The position numbers and the translations under genes are program-made. From assembly GCF_000196355.1 (NCBI RefSeq), contig NC_007614.1:180001-212000 (forward strand): a DNA stretch of 32,000 bases, in the 5' to 3' direction. The notes below the pieces were generated by a model that worked only from the letters and a program-made list of their open reading frames with translations, was not told the DNA's origin and searched no databases. This stretch comes from Nitrosospira multiformis ATCC 25196. Lineage in GTDB: Bacteria > Pseudomonadota > Gammaproteobacteria > Burkholderiales > Nitrosomonadaceae. Of this stretch, positions 28,738 through 32,000 are shown in pieces. The stretch's first letter is position 1; every line of letters begins with the position of its first letter.

Positions 28738-30636
28738 ATGACGAATCAACAGATGCCATCGGGACATTCTCTCGAGCGCCAGCCTCTAAGTCTGCTGTGC
28801 CTGGCCGCGCTGGGAGTGGTTTACGGGGATATCGGAACAAGTCCGTTATATGTCATGAAGACGGTTTTCGACCCCATCCATGGACTTGCTGTCACCGAGA
28901 GCAACGTGATCGGCATCATTTCGCTCATTTTCTGGACGATCATGATCGTGGTGTCGCTCAAATACGTAACGTTGATCCTGCGGGCCGACAATCACGGTGA
29001 AGGTGGGATCATGGCGCTGCTATCGCTGGCCAGTTCATCCGTCACAGACCGTCCGCGCTTGCACAACATTCTGTTTCTCATCGGCGCATTCGGGGCAGCA
29101 CTGTTTTTTGGCGACGGTGTTATCACGCCTGCCATTTCGGTATTGAGCGCAGTCGAGGGTCTTGAAGTTGCAACACCGTTGCTCCAGCCTTATGTGCTAC
29201 CCATCACCGTGGTTGTGCTGATCGCGCTTTTCATGTTGCAACAGCGAGGAACGGGGGGAATTGGCGCCTTGTTCGGACCTGTCATGGTGATATGGTTCGT
29301 CAGCCTCGGACTTGTGGGTTTGATCAATATTGCGGGCGCACCCCAGATCGTCGCCGCATTCAATCCCATGTATGCCTTTGCCTTTTGTATCAGTAATGGC
29401 TGGCTGGCATTTATTGCCCTGGGTGCGGTGGTGCTGGCAGTGACAGGCGGGGAGGCGCTTTATGCGGATATGGGACACTTCGGGGCGAAGCCGATCCGGT
29501 TGGCGTGGTATGGAGGAGTCCTTCCCGCCCTGACTTTGAATTATCTGGGACAAGGCGCGCTGCTGCTCGCCAATCCAGCCGCGATTTCCAATCCTTTCTT
29601 TCTGCTGTTTCCTTCCTGGGCGCTTTATGGTGCGGTAGGGCTGGCGACTGCCGCCACCGTGATCGCCTCGCAATCTGTCATCTCCGGCGTTTTCTCGGTG
29701 ACCCGGCAAGCTATTCAATTGGGCTTCCTGCCGCGCATGCAGATCCGGCACACCTCTGAACGTAAAATCGGGCAGATATACATCCCGTTTGTCAACTGGA
29801 CTTTGCTGTCGGTTGTTCTCATGGCGGTACTGGGATTCGGTTCATCCTCCAATCTTGCCTCGGCATATGGCGTAGCGGTCACGACCACGATGGTTATCGA
29901 AACCACACTCACTTTTTTCGTGCTCCGCTATGTCTGGAATTATCCATTCCTCCTGGGCATCCTGGTAACTGCATTTTTCCTGGCGATCGACAGCGCATTC
30001 TTCTCCGCCACCATACTGAAAGTTGCCCAGGGGGGCTGGTTCCCGCTCGTAATCGGGTCCGTCATTTTTTTCATCATGATCACCTGGAGTCGTGGACGAC
30101 AAATGCTGGTCGATCACCTGCGCTCCGTTGCCATACCGCTCCAGTCCTTCCTCGAATCGCTTATTGCGCATCCCCCCACGCGGGTCGCGGGGACCTCGGT
30201 TTTCTTGACGGCCAATCCTGACGGTGTACCCCACGCCCTGTTGCATAATCTTGCCCATAATCAGGTCCTGCACGAGCGTGTGGTTTTCCTCACGGTGACA
30301 TACCAGGAAACTCCCTGGGTGCCGGTAGAACAGCGCATCTCGATAAAGCCACTTATGGAAAACTGTTACCAGATCACGGTGCGGTACGGCTTCAAGGATG
30401 AAGCGAATCTGCCGTACGCACTCGAATTGTGTGAACCGCATGGCCTCGTGTTCGAACCCTTGAGGACCTCCTACTTCCTGAGTCGCGAGATCGTGGTACC
30501 CAGTCCGGGTACGGGCATGTCCCTGTGGCGTGAGCGCCTGTTCGCGGCCATGGTGCGCAACGCCAGCAACGCCGCGGAATACTTCAAACTGCCGGCAAAC
30601 CGTGTACTTGAACTAGGGGCGAGAGTAGAGATTTAG
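28738..30636 (+). CDS. kup: KUP/HAK/KT family potassium transporter Kup
   Basis: ALGVVYGDIGTSPLY near the N-terminus, about 12 TM helices, and a C-terminal cytosolic domain. I chose the ATG at 28738 by length comparison with E. coli Kup. No clear SD, so the start is uncertain by a few codons. Confidence 0.95.
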   Translation: MTNQQMPSGHSLERQPLSLLCLAALGVVYGDIGTSPLYVMKTVFDPIHGLAVTESNVIGIISLIFWTIMIVVSLKYVTLILRADNHGEGGIMALLSLASSSVTDRPRLHNILFLIGAFGAALFFGDGVITPAISVLSAVEGLEVATPLLQPYVLPITVVVLIALFMLQQRGTGGIGALFGPVMVIWFVSLGLVGLINIAGAPQIVAAFNPMYAFAFCISNGWLAFIALGAVVLAVTGGEALYADMGHFGAKPIRLAWYGGVLPALTLNYLGQGALLLANPAAISNPFFLLFPSWALYGAVGLATAATVIASQSVISGVFSVTRQAIQLGFLPRMQIRHTSERKIGQIYIPFVNWTLLSVVLMAVLGFGSSSNLASAYGVAVTTTMVIETTLTFFVLRYVWNYPFLLGILVTAFFLAIDSAFFSATILKVAQGGWFPLVIGSVIFFIMITWSRGRQMLVDHLRSVAIPLQSFLESLIAHPPTRVAGTSVFLTANPDGVPHALLHNLAHNQVLHERVVFLTVTYQETPWVPVEQRISIKPLMENCYQITVRYGFKDEANLPYALELCEPHGLVFEPLRTSYFLSREIVVPSPGTGMSLWRERLFAAMVRNASNAAEYFKLPANRVLELGARVEI

Positions 30637-30701
30637 AGAGACTGTTCCTCCGCTTCGGGTACCTCCGCCTCCTCGAGCGACGGTAACTGCCACTTCCTCT
30701 C

Positions 30702-30728
30702 AAAACCCGCTCCGGCGGGTTTTTGTTT
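30702..30728 (+). terminator. Rho-independent terminator downstream of kup
   Basis: AAAACCCGC-TCCG-GCGGGTTTT is a perfect 9-bp stem followed by TGTTT. It lies 66 nt after the kup stop. Confidence 0.75.
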
Positions 30729-30884
30729 AACCCGCTCGACATTTCTAACAAATCGACGGACCACGCAAAAGGTAAAACTTGGCATTTTTAGTATCCCTTA
30801 TCCATTTATCCGTAAAACCCCATGTGAGTTAGATTGCCAGCTTGAGGAATTTTAGCGTGACCATTGAAGCATCAGCCTTGAGTG

Positions 30885-32000
30885 ATGGATACAGAGATCC
30901 ACAATCCCCATATCCCTGGCGGGCGTCCGCCCTCCCGACCGGCTATCGCCGCTCTCACTTTCGTGATTTTTATGTCGCTTACCCTAGCGAGCTGGTCTGT
31001 CGTACAGGATCTGCAGGAACGGCATGAAAATACTCGATTTGATAAGCGGGTAGCAGAAGTCATTCACAAGATCGAGCATCACTTTTCAGGGTATGAACAG
31101 GTGTTGAAAGGGGCGCTGGGACACCTGCTTGCCTCCCCCTCCGTTTCCCGGAACGAATGGCGCACATATGTGAATGCACTGCGAATAAACGACCGGTATC
31201 CGGGCATTCACGGTATCGGTTTCGCCAAATATATCCCGCGGTCAGGGCTTGCCGCCCATACTGAAGAAGTACGCGCGGAAGGTTTTCCGTCCTACAAAGT
31301 CTGGCCTGGAACCCCGCGCCAGGAGTATACCTCCATCATATATCTCGAACCCTTTACGGGATCAAATCTGCGTGCGTTCGGATATGACATGTTTTCAAAT
31401 GCTGTTCGACGCGCCGCCATGTCCCGTGCGCGCGATACGGGAGAAGTCGCGCTTACCCGCAAAGTGAAGCTCGTGCAGGAAACCGGTGAGGATATTCAGG
31501 CAGGCGTCCTTATGTATCTCCCCTACTATGGTGCTGCAAATCTGCCGAAAACGGTGGAAGAAAGGCGCGCATCATTGGGTGGCTATGTATATGCTCCGTT
31601 CAGAATGGTTGACTTCGTACGCGCCACCCTTGGGAGCGAACTTGATATCCTCGATCTGAGAATTTTCGATGGAAAAGCAATGGCAGAGGATTCTCTTCTT
31701 TTCGACAGCGTAAAACATCGATCTGGGCCGTCGCCCGTACCTAAATTTAAACGGGTCATACCTATATCCTTATATGGTCAAACATGGGCGCTCGAAGCAT
31801 CCTCCCGTCCTGCATTTGAAAAAGCAATAAAGAATTACGAGGCACTCCTCGTTCTGCTGGGCGGATTCGTGGTCAGCATGTTGACTGCCATGGTTTCCTT
31901 TGTCCTTTCGGGGAACAAAGAGAAGGCTGCGGCACTGGGACATGTAAATAAAAAACTGCTGTTGGCCATGGAGGAGCAGCAGGCAACAACACGCGAGCTT
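30885..32000 (+). CDS. CHASE-domain sensor protein, N-terminal part (continues beyond the window)
   Basis: Not in the supplied track because it has no stop in the window. The frame from ATG 30885 stays open for 372 codons to the edge. Translation: MDTEIHNPHI..TM (AIAALTFVIFMSLTLASW)..periplasmic region with GIHGIGFAKYIP, YTSIIYLEPFTGSNLRAFGYDMFS, AMSRARDTGEVALTRKVKLVQE (CHASE1-like)..second TM (LLVLLGGFVVSMLTAMVSFVL). The output domains are not visible. Confidence 0.8.
   Translation, partial: MDTEIHNPHIPGGRPPSRPAIAALTFVIFMSLTLASWSVVQDLQERHENTRFDKRVAEVIHKIEHHFSGYEQVLKGALGHLLASPSVSRNEWRTYVNALRINDRYPGIHGIGFAKYIPRSGLAAHTEEVRAEGFPSYKVWPGTPRQEYTSIIYLEPFTGSNLRAFGYDMFSNAVRRAAMSRARDTGEVALTRKVKLVQETGEDIQAGVLMYLPYYGAANLPKTVEERRASLGGYVYAPFRMVDFVRATLGSELDILDLRIFDGKAMAEDSLLFDSVKHRSGPSPVPKFKRVIPISLYGQTWALEASSRPAFEKAIKNYEALLVLLGGFVVSMLTAMVSFVLSGNKEKAAALGHVNKKLLLAMEEQQATTREL

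Noticed and set aside
30780-30794. Sigma-54-like element TGGCAT-N5-AGTA upstream of the CHASE sensor gene
   Set aside because: The -12 element has GT instead of the near-invariant GC, and only the -24 half matches. That is not enough to call an RpoN promoter.

Overview
This window looks like a mostly housekeeping chromosomal segment of an ammonia-oxidising betaproteobacterium. That call rests on a full-length AmoC homologue, moderate GC by eye, and a betaproteobacterial-style aa3 cytochrome oxidase cluster. Gene order, left to right: a 5'-truncated tartronate-semialdehyde-reductase-like gene followed by glcD-glcE-glcF; ftsK; a singleton amoC on the minus strand; lolA-rarA-serS; a helical hypothetical protein; a CPGC redoxin (minus strand); and about 1 kb of ORF-poor DNA. 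Next comes a long cytochrome c oxidase cluster: coxB, coxA, a 35-aa ORF absent from the supplied track, ctaG, a DUF2970-like ORF, coxC, a twin-TM ORF (minus), SURF1, an Sco-like CxxxC protein, ctaB and an SCO protein. The remainder is a GlcD-like FAD oxidase, a BON lipoprotein and yraN (all minus); rsmI; a small thioredoxin-like protein; sixA; a small membrane protein and a PRC-barrel protein (minus); kup; and the N-terminal part of a CHASE-domain sensor running off the right edge. I found no tRNA, rRNA, CRISPR array, IS/transposase, integrase, or recognisable defence or toxin-antitoxin module, and I cannot point to a clear multi-gene novel system. The best leads are four: (1) the orphan amoC inserted against the grain into the conserved ftsK-lolA-rarA-serS block, with a possible ECF-type promoter; (2) the roughly 1 kb non-coding stretch upstream of coxB, which carries a near-consensus extended -10 promoter, a GNRA-capped hairpin and a stem plus U-run, making it a candidate sRNA or long leader; (3) the serS-cox islet with an uncharacterised helical protein and a redoxin with a Cys-containing tail; (4) several structured intergenic elements. 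All homology statements come from reading the translations and from memory of the families. No searches were run.
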